Positions 1-13,170 of a stretch of DNA of 64,000 nt are shown here, in pieces. The notes under the pieces were generated by a model. That model was not told the DNA's origin and ran no database searches. It worked only from the letters and a program-made list of their open reading frames with translations. The DNA comes from Dictyostelium discoideum (Eukaryota). The position numbers and the translations under genes were made by a program. The stretch covers positions 4,128,001 through 4,192,000 of the forward strand of contig CM000151.3 of NCBI GenBank assembly GCA_000004695.1, written 5' to 3'. The stretch's first letter is position 1; every line of letters begins with the position of its first letter.

Positions 1-1676
1 TTGAAGTTGGTCATGATAAACAGTCGGTTGCAGTTAGGGGTAGAGGTAGAGAAGCTATCAACTCTTTCTTACCATTATATTTACATAAAGAACATTGGAA
101 ACCAATTAAATATCAATTAAAGAATATCATTGCCTATTTTGTAACTTTAGATCCATTGGCTTTCTCTTTTGATCAAATTAATGCTTTATTCTTGGTTTTA
201 GGTACATTAATTTCAAAGAATGATATTGGTGAACGTGAACTACTCTTGGCAATTCAATTCACTCGTACATTACGTGAAGTTGCTGTTCATCTTAATTTCA
301 TACCAAGAATGTTACAACAATTAGATGCAATTGTAAATAATCCAATTTATTTAATATCTGCTCAACCAAAGAATTTATTCGTTTTAACTTCTTATCTTTT
401 GGTGCTCACTGATAAAGAATTGGAAACTGTATTTAAAAATGGTTCAAATGATCATTTTAAATTATGGCAAAATATTTTAGAATCTTCAATTCGTCGTGCT
501 TGTTATACATTTTTTGATAAAATGGAACAAACTAAAATTGATTCTTTCTTATTTCAAATTTTATTTGGTAGTTCAAATGAAAAAATTCAAGAAATTGATA
601 ATGATAATGGTAATCTTGAAAAAGAACCAAATGAATTATTTGATTTATTATTAAATTATAAATTTGATCAAATTAAATTTAATGAGCAACAAGATTATGC
701 TGAATTATTAAATATTAAAAAGAAAACTTTCACTGATGATGATGTAGATCAATCACGTACTATTAAAAGAGTAAATCTAGAAATGGTTCAATCAATGATA
801 AGAATTTCAAATTTATTAGAGAATAGAGGTTATCCAAATATTACTATATTATTAAATTCATTAAGATATGTTAAAACTTGGAGATCAATTTATAAAGATC
901 AAGATAATATATTCAATGTAATCGATTCAAGATATGGTATTCCACCAACTGAATATATTGAAATTATGAAAAATGGTACAAGATCTTCTTCAACAACTGG
1001 TAATTCTGTTGTTAATAATAATAATAATAATAATGGTATTGGTAATTTCATTAATACAATTAATAAATTCTATGGTGATTCTTTAAATTTTACACCTGAA
1101 ATTTTATTAGATCATTTAAGAGCTATGATCGTTCAAGCAGTTTCTTATAGAATTAATAGACATGCCACTTTTGCTGTAGTTGAAAAGAAATTAGAAACTA
1201 GTGTATTCGATGATCATAAGAAATGTATTTCAAATATTACCAATGATGTTATGTATCGTGCAGCTGATGCAATTAGATCAATGAAAGCAATTTTAATGTT
1301 TTCTGCAACTATGGATAAGGCTGCAAGATCAACTACAATGGATGATTTTATCAGTACAATTCCACCTATTAGAAATTCATTTTTTATGAAATTCGTTCAC
1401 TCTTTAATGGGTTTTGGTAATAATCAATTTGGTGAATTAAAATTTGTTGTATTCCTTTCAAATATCTTTGTAACTTGTGATGATTATGGTACTATTTCAA
1501 CTAGAAAAATCAAAGATCACACTTGGGATTTTGGTAAACATTTTTATAAAGTTATGATTAGATCATTTGGTATTGATAAAACAAAACAAATCGTTCAAAA
1601 AGTTAATCATCATATTTATTTACATGATCGTAAAATTTTTTATCAAAATGATGATGGTGTTTGGGAAAATAATTAA
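1..1676 (+). CDS. 5'-partial CDS, C-terminal >550 aa of a conserved but unidentified large protein (runs off the window start)
   Basis: Frame 3 is open from nt 3 with no stop until TAA at 1674-1676; the ORF-track M at 156 is internal (upstream codons EVGHDKQSVAVRGRGREAINSFLPLYLHKEHWKPIKYQLKNIIAYFVTLDP read through). Non-repetitive, mixed composition typical of a globular or helical-repeat protein. No family recognised by eye. Confidence 0.6.
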   Translation, partial: EVGHDKQSVAVRGRGREAINSFLPLYLHKEHWKPIKYQLKNIIAYFVTLDPLAFSFDQINALFLVLGTLISKNDIGERELLLAIQFTRTLREVAVHLNFIPRMLQQLDAIVNNPIYLISAQPKNLFVLTSYLLVLTDKELETVFKNGSNDHFKLWQNILESSIRRACYTFFDKMEQTKIDSFLFQILFGSSNEKIQEIDNDNGNLEKEPNELFDLLLNYKFDQIKFNEQQDYAELLNIKKKTFTDDDVDQSRTIKRVNLEMVQSMIRISNLLENRGYPNITILLNSLRYVKTWRSIYKDQDNIFNVIDSRYGIPPTEYIEIMKNGTRSSSTTGNSVVNNNNNNNGIGNFINTINKFYGDSLNFTPEILLDHLRAMIVQAVSYRINRHATFAVVEKKLETSVFDDHKKCISNITNDVMYRAADAIRSMKAILMFSATMDKAARSTTMDDFISTIPPIRNSFFMKFVHSLMGFGNNQFGELKFVVFLSNIFVTCDDYGTISTRKIKDHTWDFGKHFYKVMIRSFGIDKTKQIVQKVNHHIYLHDRKIFYQNDDGVWENN

Positions 1677-1799
1677 ATTAAATTAAATTAAAATAAAATA
1701 AATTAAAATAAAATAAAAATTGAATTTAAAAAATAATTATCATTCTGTTGCATTATTTATTTATTTTTTTTTTTATTTTTTCATTTTTTTTTTTATATT

Positions 1800-2219
1800 T
1801 TAGAAATAACAAAATGGATTTAAAAAACTAAAAAATGAACTTATAAATGATGAACTTTTATTCTTGTTAATTGGAAGTGGTTCAGGTGAACCAATGCTAA
1901 TCCAAGATGTACCATTTACAAATAAATATGAATCTGATGGAGAATTTGATAAATAAATTGAAACTTCTCTTACAACTTCATTACCATTATCAATTGTTCT
2001 ATTCAATACAATTGTTGAACTATTGAATGAAACTATTGACCTAATATTTCCAATATTTAATGGAATTCCACTATTAATTCTTACTGAATAATGATTTTTA
2101 ATTCTCTTTAAAAATAATCCACTTAAAACAATTTTATCTTTTTCTTCATTCATTTTTACACTATTTATAATTGGTTCTATATATAAATATTAAATTATTA
2201 TTATTAATATCTTTGATTT

Positions 2220-2267
<48 letters not shown>

Positions 2268-3107
2268 AAATATAATATACTTTACTTATTGGTAAAATAA
2301 TGAAATGAGCATTATCATTAAATGAAATTACATTTGTTGAATTTTCACAAATTTCAAATGATGCAATATTTTTATCATTTTGTACTTTTGGAGTATATGA
2401 AAAGAATTTATTTTTATCTTTTTCACGTGTTATTATTGGTGTTGGACATGCAAGTGGTGAATAATAAGTAATGATGTAATCTTGACCATTTCTTATTACA
2501 TCTGGTGGGTAAGTACCTGAACTACAAATGAAATTTAAAATTGTGGAAATCTTTGTTGATGTTGAATAAATACAAACTTGTAAATCATTACCATCTTCAC
2601 CAAATTTAATATCAATAACATCACTCATTTTATTTATTGATGTAATATCCTTACAAATTTGACTACCATTTACACCTGTAATTTTTTCACAAATACTACT
2701 TGCTCCACATAAACTAAAATGAATCTTTTTTTTTTTTTTTTTTAAGCCATTGAAATTAAAAATATTAATAAAAATAAAAATTATTAATTTTATTATTATT
2801 ATTGTTATTATTTATTTACCATTTCAGGATAAAATAATTTTGTAAAATCTTGACCTTCCATTTTTGATAAATCAATTGAATATGTATCAGTTGAATAAAT
2901 ACAATCTTGATGTGATGAACCAGTTGATAATCGGAAATTATTAATTTTACCTTGAACTTCAACTTCAACAACATTATCAGGAGTTTGTTTAAATGATTTC
3001 AACCATTGTTGATCATTACTTGTATCTAATATTTTTTCTTGACTTGAATAAACCAAATTATAAATAAAAATATTTATAAAAATAAAAATATAATTTTTGG
3101 AATTCAT
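1800..3107 (-). CDS. Secreted protein (about 367 aa) with N-terminal signal peptide and two about 70-aa Cys-containing repeats (weak MRH/mannose-6-phosphate-receptor-homology-like), 3 exons
   Basis: Minus-strand exons 3107..2820 (MNSKNYIFIFINIFIYNLVYS signal, donor ATG|GTAAAT), 2724..2286 (acceptor after A18-AG; donor A|GTAAAG), 2176..1800 (acceptor TATATAG|). Joins ORFs 2808..3107, 2224..2628, 1800..2153 with phases 0/1 and total 1104 nt = 368 codons. Repeats HQDCIYSTDTYSIDLS..FSLCGASSIC and LQVCIYSTSTKISTILNFICSSG..YYSPLACP. The MRH assignment is tentative. Confidence 0.5.
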
Positions 3108-3308
3108 TTTATTTAAATAATTATTTATTTAATAAAAAAAAAAATAAAAAAAATATTTAAATAATAATAAACTAAGCAAATAAAAAAAAAAAAAAAATCA
3201 AAAAAATATATAAATAATAATAATTTAAATTGAAATTTTTTGTTTTGATATTATCAATATTAAATTCAAAGATTACACCCACCTTCTTACATTAGCCCTA
3301 CCAACCCC

Positions 3309-3343
<35 letters not shown>

Positions 3344-3814
3344 AAACTACAAATTTTTTTTTTTATAATTATTCTTTTCATTCAAATAATTATTTATATT
3401 ATTTATATTTCAAATTTAATATAACATACAAATAAAAAATTATATATGTATATATATTAAAAAAATAAAACTGAACTTCAAAATACTTAATCTTAAAGGG
3501 TTTTTTTTTATTATAAAAATTAAAAAAAAAAAATGAAAAATAATTTTCCTTTTTTGAAAAATCAAAATCATTATGATTATTTTGATTTTCTGAATTTGGT
3601 CATAAAAAAAAACCCTTTTAAGTTTAAAAGATCTTTTTACCTTTTTTTGATTATAATTATTTTTAATTTTTATTTTTTTTTTACTTAAAATTTTTAAAAA
3701 AAAAAAAACTATAAATAAAAAAAAAAAAAAAGCATTAATATTCTCAAACAAGCCCATTTTTGAAATTATAAATTCCAATTAAAAAAATATATAATAATTA
3801 TAAAAGATAAAAAA

Positions 3815-4808
<994 letters not shown>

Positions 4809-5179
4809 AATTAACTCTTCTTTCTCTATAATCACTTTCCCCCCCCCCTCATCTCACTCACACACACCTCCAACCATTACTTTATATAATTATTACTCTA
4901 TTAATAATATTATTATACTATCTCTCTCATATGTATCTTATTTTTTTAACTAATTAAAATTAATAAAGATAAATTTAAAAAAAAAAAAAAAATATATTCC
5001 AACCATTGATCTTGTTTTAATAATTATTCTATTAATTGAAAAAAAAAAAATAATAAAAAAAGGATATTTATAAATATCTTTTTATTTATTTAATTTGTTT
5101 TTTTTTTTTTTTTTTTTTTTCTATTGTTTTAATATTTTAATATTTTATTTTATTTAAAAATTATAATTTATAACTATTT

Positions 5180-6494
5180 TTAAAATATTAATTCTTCATC
5201 TTCTACAGCTTCTGATTTTAATCTATTTAAATGAGGTAAAACATCAAATTGAGAAACGAAAAGAGTAAAAGATAATTGAGAGAAAACTAAAAATTCTGAA
5301 GCCAATACTTCTTTTTTACTGATATCAAACCTTTTTTCAACCTGTTCAAAGAATGGACCCAATGCATTCTCCATTGCTTTAGTATCATTGAATTTAGCAG
5401 CCAATAAGAGACAAGTTGAAGCGACCAATTTAAAGTTTGAACGAGGTATTAAATTTTTCATAATAAGTTTTTCAATTAATACATAAGCCAAACCCAATGT
5501 GCTAATCTCTAAACCTGATTGAATTGTGATTTTCTTTAGCTTTCTTTTAATCTTTCTAATTTTATATAATGTAATACCAGGTTGACTAATCCATTGATGT
5601 TTTTGTCTAAACTGTTCATTTAATTCCTCTTTGATTGCACCTTTCTTTATGAATGGGAAAATCGATACTTTATAACTTGGTAAATTCATTACGGTTCTAT
5701 GTTTTCCAGTTTTCAATTCAGAGTTATCTAAAAAGGTTGGGTCATATTTAAGTGGAACACCATTGCAATCTAATTCATCACCAATTAGATCATTATCATT
5801 TTCACTTGCTAATAAATGTGCATATGATATCTCTTTCTTTCCATTTAAACCAAGATTATTAAGAATTGATTCTTTACTTAAATAAAAGTTTGTACCACCA
5901 CTACCACCTCCACCACCGCCACCACTACTATTACCACTACCTCCAACACCAATACCACCATTAATTAACATTTGTCCATCACTACCACTACAATTAATAT
6001 TACCACCCATAATCATATTATTATTATCAATATTTGCATTGTTTAAAGAATTAATATTTAAATTTTCCTTATTTTTAATACCACTATGATGATGATGGTG
6101 GTGATCTTTTTTACTAGTTTTTAATTTAGTTTTACGAGATTCACCTTTAATTAAAGAAAATACAGAAATTGGATGACCATTTGGTGTTACAAATACAATT
6201 TTTTGTTGAATTGATAAATTATAATTTGAATTATATTCTTCAATTGTATTTCTTTTCTTTGTTGGTTTTTGTTTTGATAATTCTTGTTGTGATTGTAATT
6301 GTAATTGAGACATCTGATGTTTCGGTGGTGGTTGTTGATATTGTAAATGTGGTTGTGGCGGTATCATATTTTGATTCTTTAAAAGTTGTTGTTGTTGTTG
6401 TTGTGATTGTTGTTGTTCACTCCTTTGTTGAATTTGATTTAATAAATTTGGTGGTAATGAATTTGGTGAACCACTATAAAAATTATTTTGTTGC

Positions 6495-6561
<67 letters not shown>

Positions 6562-6563
6562 GC

Positions 6564-6636
<73 letters not shown>

Positions 6637-6653
6637 GCTGCTGTTGTTGTTGC

Positions 6654-6723
<70 letters not shown>

Positions 6724-6729
6724 GATTTT

Positions 6730-6760
<31 letters not shown>

Positions 6761-7094
6761 TAGATTTTGTTGAGCCTGTTGTTGAGCTATTTGATCTAAT
6801 ATAATACCATCATTTTTATCATATATATTGAGTTTATTATTTTCATAATCTCTTTCAAATATATTTTCTAAATTATTATTTTCATTATCATTATCGAAAT
6901 TATTATTATTATTATTTATAGTATCATCTCTATTATCTAATGATATTGGTTCTTTTAAAGGTGTACTATGAATTGAAGGATTTAAATTTAATATTGGTGT
7001 ACTATTATTACCACTATTAATGTTTGTATCATTCTTTTTACTATTATTCTCACCAAGACTAATACCTGTTAAAAAATTCATTGCTTCTTTTCTA

Positions 7095-7192
<98 letters not shown>

Positions 7193-7914
7193 TAATAATA
7201 AAAATTATGTTAACAATGTATAATATATATATTAATATATATAAGAATAACTTACTTGACAGTTTTTGTTGAATAATTTGAAATTATATCTAAAAATAAA
7301 GATAATTGAGAATCAGGAATTTTAGTGAAAGAACCTTTTGAATGGGCTAAATCTGATAAAACTGGATGAGGTTCAAAGATTGTTCTTGGTATTGGATCCA
7401 AGAAAATCTTATCAAATTGTACCAACACATCAAATGTTCTTTCGGTTTCACCTTTAGAGGTAGTATCATTGATTGGTTGTGGATCATGAATTACAGTTGA
7501 TTGAGAAACAATACGGTCAGTTCTTTGTTTATTTAGTGTGGATATTGAAAAAAAGAATCTATCACCTTTTTTAAGTGGTGCATCTTGTCTATTCTTTATA
7601 TTTAGTTTAACTTTTGATCCAACTTTAGCTTCAATGGTTTTATAAGTACTAATTTTTAAATTAAATATCCATGATTGGTTACCTAGACCATCAGTAGATT
7701 GACTTCTACTTTTTATATTTGTTATTGATGTTGGTATTGCTGTAGATGATGATGACGATGATGAAGATGATGAAGATGATGAGGATGATGATTTCTTTTT
7801 ACTACTACTACTACTACCACTACTACCACTACTAATACCACTACTACCACTATTATTATTATTGCCCATTTTCTTAAAAAAAGACATTTTTTCTGTTTTA
7901 CCACTACTGCTCAT
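5180..7914 (-). CDS. PolyQ-rich protein (about 856 aa) with C-terminal cyclin-box-like domain (CABLES/Pho80-type cyclin fold suggested), 2 exons
   Basis: Exon 1 7914..7256 (MSSSGKTEKMSFFKKMG.., Ser-rich; donor AA|GTAAGT), intron 7255..7092 containing a (TAA)n tract, exon 2 7091..5180 (acceptor TATATTAG|; ..KEAMNFLTG..). The phase-2 join gives 2571 nt = 857 codons. C-terminus LGLAYVLIEKLIMKNLIPRSNFKLVASTCLLLAAKFNDTK..EFLVFSQLSFTLFV resembles a cyclin box. Contains about 100 consecutive Gln. Confidence 0.6.
6488..6763. repeat. (CAA/CAG)n coding microsatellite (polyQ of about 95-100 residues) inside the cyclin-box gene
   Basis: Plus strand shows near-pure (TTG)n, i.e. CAA on the coding minus strand, with few CAG interruptions; read in frame as QQQ.. 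in ORF 5180..7081. Confidence 0.95.
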
Positions 7915-9426
7915 TTTTTTATTTTTATTATTATTTTTATTGTTATTAATATTATAACTGGTTTCTCCTAAAAATAATAATACTACTACTACTACTTTTT
8001 TTACTACTACTAATAATGTTAGGTTTGAGCTTTCTTTTATTTAAACTTTGGGTTCTCTTACTACTAATTTTGTTGTTATTATTGATGATTTGAATTATAT
8101 TATTCTTTTTACTTTTTTCACTAAACATAATGCAGGGTTTTTTTAAGTTATAAAGTTTTTTTTTATTTATTTCTGTTATCTCTCTTTTTTTTTTTTTTTT
8201 TGTAATTTTTTTTTTTTTTTTGTGTGTGTTATCGTATTGCAATGTGCTACTCTTTTTGAATTTTTTATTTTTTTTATTTGTTTATTATTATTTTTTATTT
8301 TTTTGTGAGTGTGTGAATGTGGGAGTGAATCAAATTAATAAGAAGAATATTATTTAATTATTTTTTATTTATTTATTTTTTTTATTATTATTTATTATTT
8401 TTTTATTTTTTTTTATTTTTCTTTTTTTATTTTTTCTTTGTTTCTATAGAAAAAAAAAAAAAAAATTTTATTTTAATATTACTACTATTGTTAGTATTTA
8501 TTAAAATAACGTATTTAAGGATAAAAAAAAAAAGTTGCTTATATTAAAACACCTCTTTTATTATATTATTTTTTTTAGTATTATTATTATTATAATATTT
8601 TTTTTTTTTCTGTTTTCTCTATATTTTACTTCAAATAATATCTCTCTCGTTATTTGATGATGATTTAAATTGAAAAAAAAATAAAAAAATAAAAAAAAAA
8701 AAATAAAAAAAAATTAAATAAAAAATTTCAAATAAAATTAATTTTTTTTATTTTTTTTTTATTTTTATTTTTTTTTTTTTTTTATTGCTCAATGATTTTT
8801 TAATCACCAAAAAAAAAAAAAAAAAAAAAAAAGATATTTCGCCTTAAAAAGAAAGAAAATAACTGAGATTTGAAAGAATATTAACTTCAAAACAATTTAC
8901 TATATATTAACATTTTTTTATTTTTCTTTTTTATAATTTTATTTTTTTTTTTTTTTTTTATTTATACCAAAAATAATATTAAACAGTAATTATTTTTCCT
9001 CTTTTTAAAAAATTAAACATTAAACAATTAAAAAAATAATTTAGAGAAAAATAACCAAAAAAAATAAAATTTTAAATTAGATAAAATAATAAAAAAAATT
9101 AAAAAATAAAAATAAAATAAAAACAAAATATCTGAATTTTCAAAAAATAAGTTTGGATAAACACACATTCCCACCTGCAAATTTTTTAAAAATAAATGAA
9201 ATTGAACATCGAGTTTTCTTTTTTCTTTTTTTTTTTCATTTTAATTTTTTATTTTAAAAATAATATTTTCGTTCGCGAACAAAATAAAAAAAAAAGTAAA
9301 AAATAAAAAGAATTGAATAAAATAACAAAATAAGGAACATTCTATCTAATACTTTTAAAAATTTATAAATCAAGTAAATAATTAAAAAAAAGTAAATAAA
9401 TATTAAAAAGTAATAATACACAAACT

Positions 9427-10932
9427 ATGGATTATAATTCAGAATATGAAGGTTTTTCAGATAATGCCATTAGACTATTAAGGTAATTATAATTATATTT
9501 ATAATTATTTTTATTTATTTAATTTATTTAATTTATTTTCTAATAATAAATAAATAAATAAATAAATAAAAGTGCCCCAAAAGGTAATTCAAAATTAGCA
9601 ATGGCACATTTTATAGCAATGTCAGATTTATATAATTCAAAGAATAATCCAAATGGATATATTAGTTTAGGTATTGCAGAGAATGTATTATCATATGATA
9701 TATTGAAAGAGAAATTAATATTTGAAAGTGACGGCAATGATGGAAAAGAGATAATGGCAGCAGCAGCACCACTACAAAGTTTAACTCAATATAGTGAAAT
9801 AGGAGGTATACCACAATTAAGGGAATTAATAGCAAAAGAGTTATTACAAAATCAAATTTTCAAAGGGTACAAACCAACCAATGAAAAACTGTTGGTTAAA
9901 AAAGAGCAAATATTAATATCAGGTGGTGCAACACCATTATTAGAGAACATTTTCAATTTATTTTGTAATCAAGATGAAAAGTGTATTATACCATCGCCAT
10001 TTTATCCATCATTCGTCTATGACGCATATCAAAGATTTGGTGTAAAAGTTATCGCTGCAAAATCGGAAATTTTCAAAGACCCACTCAATAAAGGTACTAG
10101 TGAAATCATAGATTTCAAATTAGATTTAAAAGAATTTGAATCACTATACAACCAAGGTGGTGTTAAAATGGTACTACTCTGTAACCCAAACAATCCAACA
10201 GGTTACATCTTTAAACCAAGTGAAATTAAAGAACTAGTTAAATGGTGTAGAAATAAAAAAATTCATTTTGTTAGTGATGAAATTTATGCATTGTCAGTAT
10301 TTGGTAGTGAAGATGGTAGTGATGGTGGTAATGAATTTAAAAGTATTTACGAAATACTTGAAGGTGATTTAGGAGAATATGTACATGTGTTGAATGGATT
10401 TAGTAAGGATTTCTGTTTGAATGGTTATAGAATCGGTTATTTCTATTCACAGAATGAGACGGTTTTTAGATACATGTTATCTACAAGTGCATTTTATAGT
10501 TGTTCAAATATCGCTCAATATACTGCTATCAACATTTTAAAAGACAGAGAATACTTGGAACGATTCATTAAAACAAATCAATCAAATTTAAAAGAATCTT
10601 ATGAATTTGCTTCAAATTTATTAAACCAATATTCAATTCCATTCATTAAATCATCAAGTGGTGTCTTCCTATCATTGGATTTACGTGCTTGTTTAAAATA
10701 TTTACCAAATGATACTACTACTGATGACGATCAAGATAATACTGATCCATTCTCAAAAGAAATTAAATTGTGGGAAGAAATTTTCAAAAATAAAGTTTTC
10801 TTAAATAGTGGTAAACTATGTTATTTTGAAAAACCTGGTTTCTTTAGACTAGTTTTCACTCTACCAAAAGATTTCATTGAACAAGGTATTAAAAGAATTG
10901 CTCAAGTTTATAATTCATTATTAAATAAATAA
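9427..10932 (+). CDS. 1-aminocyclopropane-1-carboxylate synthase-like PLP-dependent aminotransferase (fold-type I, ACS family), 2 exons, 471 aa
   Basis: Exon 1 9427..9482 (MDYNSEYEGFSDNAIRLL, donor AG|GTAATT), exon 2 9573..10932 (acceptor AAAAG|). ACS hallmarks: NPNGYISLGIAENVL, ..NPNNPTG.., and SKDFCLNGYRIGYFYS with the PLP-binding Lys. Total 1416 nt = 472 codons. Confidence 0.85.
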
Positions 10933-11215
10933 ATAAATAAATAAAAATAAACATATACAACACACACTATTTAATTATACTTTATTGATGGTGATGGTGA
11001 TGATGATGATGATGGTAATGGTGATGTTTTCAAGTTTATAACTCATTATTAAATAAAAAAATAAAACATATAGGACACACTATTTTTATTAATAATAGAA
11101 ATTTATTTAATTTTGTTTAATTGATTTTTGAAGTTTATGATATAAAATAAAATTTAATATAAATTTTGAATGAGTTTTGTAATTATATTTTATTGGTGGT
11201 GATGGTGGTGATGTT
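10901..11215. repeat. Tandem duplication (about 130-180 bp units) of the ACS gene 3' end / 3' UTR, including (GGTGAT)n mini-repeats
   Basis: caagtttataaTtcattattaaataaa..acatatacaacacacactattt..ttgatggtgatggtgatg (10904-11000) recurs as caagtttataaCtcattattaaataaa..acatataggacacactattttt..ttggtggtgatggtggtgatg (11038-11215) with an about 90-bp insertion. Confidence 0.7.
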
Positions 11216-11226
11216 GGTACGGTGTT

Positions 11227-13041
11227 TTAATAAGCATCATAAGCATTTTCAACGATTAATTTAGCTTGAGCAACTATTTCTGGATTAACAGTATAGTCAG
11301 CTTGTTGACCATTAATTTGACGAATAACTTCTTGTTCTAATTCAGAAGTGATTTCAAAAGCAGCTTCTGCCAAATCTTGGTTTTCAATTTCTTCTGGAAC
11401 CAATTGACGTTTAGAAACACCTAATCTGGCGAATAAACCTGGGTTTTCAGCATCTTCTTGATTATTACCATTTAAACCAAGACCAATATCAAGACCTAAT
11501 AAATCATTAGTATTTTCTTTTTCTTGTCTTGATTTTCTACCTTGTCTACCTTGTTTTGATTTTCTTGATTTTCTTGATTGACTTTCTTCAACTTTCTTAT
11601 TAACATTGTTTTCATTTTGATTTTGTTCTTGATTAGCATCATTCACTTGATTATCACCATTTTCTTGATTATCTTTGTTTTCTTGATTAGCTTTGTTTTC
11701 TTGATTAGCTTTGTTTTCTTGGTTTTGTTTGTTGGCAACGTTTACATCAGTTTGAATTGCAGCAGATTGTTTAGAGTTTTCACTTTGTTTTTGTGCAGCA
11801 TTATTTCCAATTTCAATACTTAGAATTGATTTATTGTTGTTTTTTTCTTGTTGATTTTGTTGAGCTTGTTGGTTTTGTTGAGCTTGTTGAGCTTGTGGAT
11901 TTTGTTGAGCTTGTTGATTTTGTTGAGCTTGTTGATTTTGTTGAGCTTGTTGATTTTGTTGAGCTTGTTGATTTTGTTGAGCTTGTTGATTTTGTTGAGC
12001 TTGTTGATTTTGTTGAGCTTGTTGATTTTGTTGAGCTTGTTGATTTTGTTGAGCTTGTTGAGCTTGTTGAGCTTGTTGAGCTTGTTGATTTTGTTGTTGG
12101 TTTTGTTGAGCTTGTTGTTGATTTTTTTGTTGTTGATTTTCTTGTTGATTTTGTTGTTGTTGTTGATTTTGTTGATTTTGTTGTTGATTTTGTTGACCCA
12201 AACCAACTTCAATGTTTAAAATTGATTTGTTACTATTTTGTTTTTGGTTATTTTGTTTATTCAACTCTTCTTGTTGTTGATTATTTTGTTGATTCAATTT
12301 TTCTTGTTGTTCATTCTTTTGTTGACTCAATTGTTCTTGGTTTATTTCTTGTTTTTCATTTTGTTCTTGTTTTTCATTCACTTCTTGTTTTTCGTTCACT
12401 TCTTGTTTTTCATTCACTTCTTGTTTTTCATTCAATTCTTGTTTTTCATTCACTTCTTGTTTTTCATTCACTTCTTGTTTTTCATTCACTTCTTGTTTTT
12501 CATTTTGTTCTTGTTTTTCATTTTGTTCTTGTTGAATTTTGCTTTGATTATTTTTATTTTCTTGATTGTTTTCTTGATTGTTTTCTTGATTGTTTTCTTG
12601 GTTTTTTTCTTGATTGTTTTCTTGGTTTTTTTCTTGATTGTTTTCTTGATTGTTTTCTTGATTTTCTTGATTAAGTTCCATTTCTAGATCTTGGAAATTA
12701 TGAGTGGCTTCAATTTGTTTAATTTCTTTATCCAAGTTATTTTCTTGTTCATTTTCATAATTGTAACCTTCATTCCATTTTTTATTAACGATTGACCATT
12801 CTGGATTTTGTTCATTATGATTTTCATCAAGGACCATTAAATGGAACATGTTCTTCCATTCATCAACGTATTCTTCCATTGATGCCAATCTATTATAGAT
12901 TGATTGTTGATATGGATTCAATTGAGTTTGGTCAATATTTTCAAACCATTTTTGTAATTTAACATCAGTAGTGGCACACTAGGAAAAAGAAAAAAAAAAG
13001 AAAAAAAAAAAGAATAAAAAAAAGAAAATTAATTTTAATAA

Positions 13042-13076
<35 letters not shown>

Positions 13077-13170
13077 GTTTTTAAAATAATAAAAAATAAT
13101 ATGAATTTGTTATACTTACAGCTACATTCACAGCCAAACAACCTACTAATAAAGCTTTAAGTAATCTCAT
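11227..13170 (-). CDS. Secreted Q/N/E-rich tandem-repeat protein (about 600 aa), 2 exons
   Basis: Exon 1 13170..13120 (MRLLKALLVGCLAVNVA signal peptide; donor GCT|GTAAGT), intron 13119..12979 ending in a polypyrimidine tract and CCTAG|, exon 2 12978..11227. The ORF-track start at 12921 is a TTG, not ATG, and the frame is open upstream to the acceptor. Internal 18-bp tandem arrays encode NEKQEV, NQQAQQ, NQENKA and QENNQE repeats. Non-repetitive C-terminal domain (..LVPEEIENQDLAEAAFEITSELEQEVIRQINGQQADYTVNPEIVAQAKLIVENAYDAY). Total 1803 nt = 601 codons. Confidence 0.65.

Noticed and set aside
3440-3778. ORF-track CDS candidates made of poly-K/F/I/L/N/V/M (for example 3440..3778-, 4242..4481-, 4298..4486+, 6169..6804+, 6488..6763+, 7020..7223+, 7952..8242-, 14023..14274+, 16970..17173+, 17307..17824, 21814..22014+, 36058..36971, 53624..53875, 55350..55625-, 56344..57059, 59338..59793, 61060..61257-)
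   Set aside because: They are translations of homopolymer A/T runs or microsatellites, or antisense frames of real genes, with no non-repetitive sequence, no start context and no phase-consistent splice partners.
12921-12921. ORF-track M residues taken as ATG starts (12921-, 23902+, 50854+, 57204+, 4298+)
   Set aside because: Checking the nucleotides shows these are TTG or GTG codons (the track apparently uses an alternative-start table). In each case the frame continues upstream to a splice acceptor, so they are internal codons, not starts.
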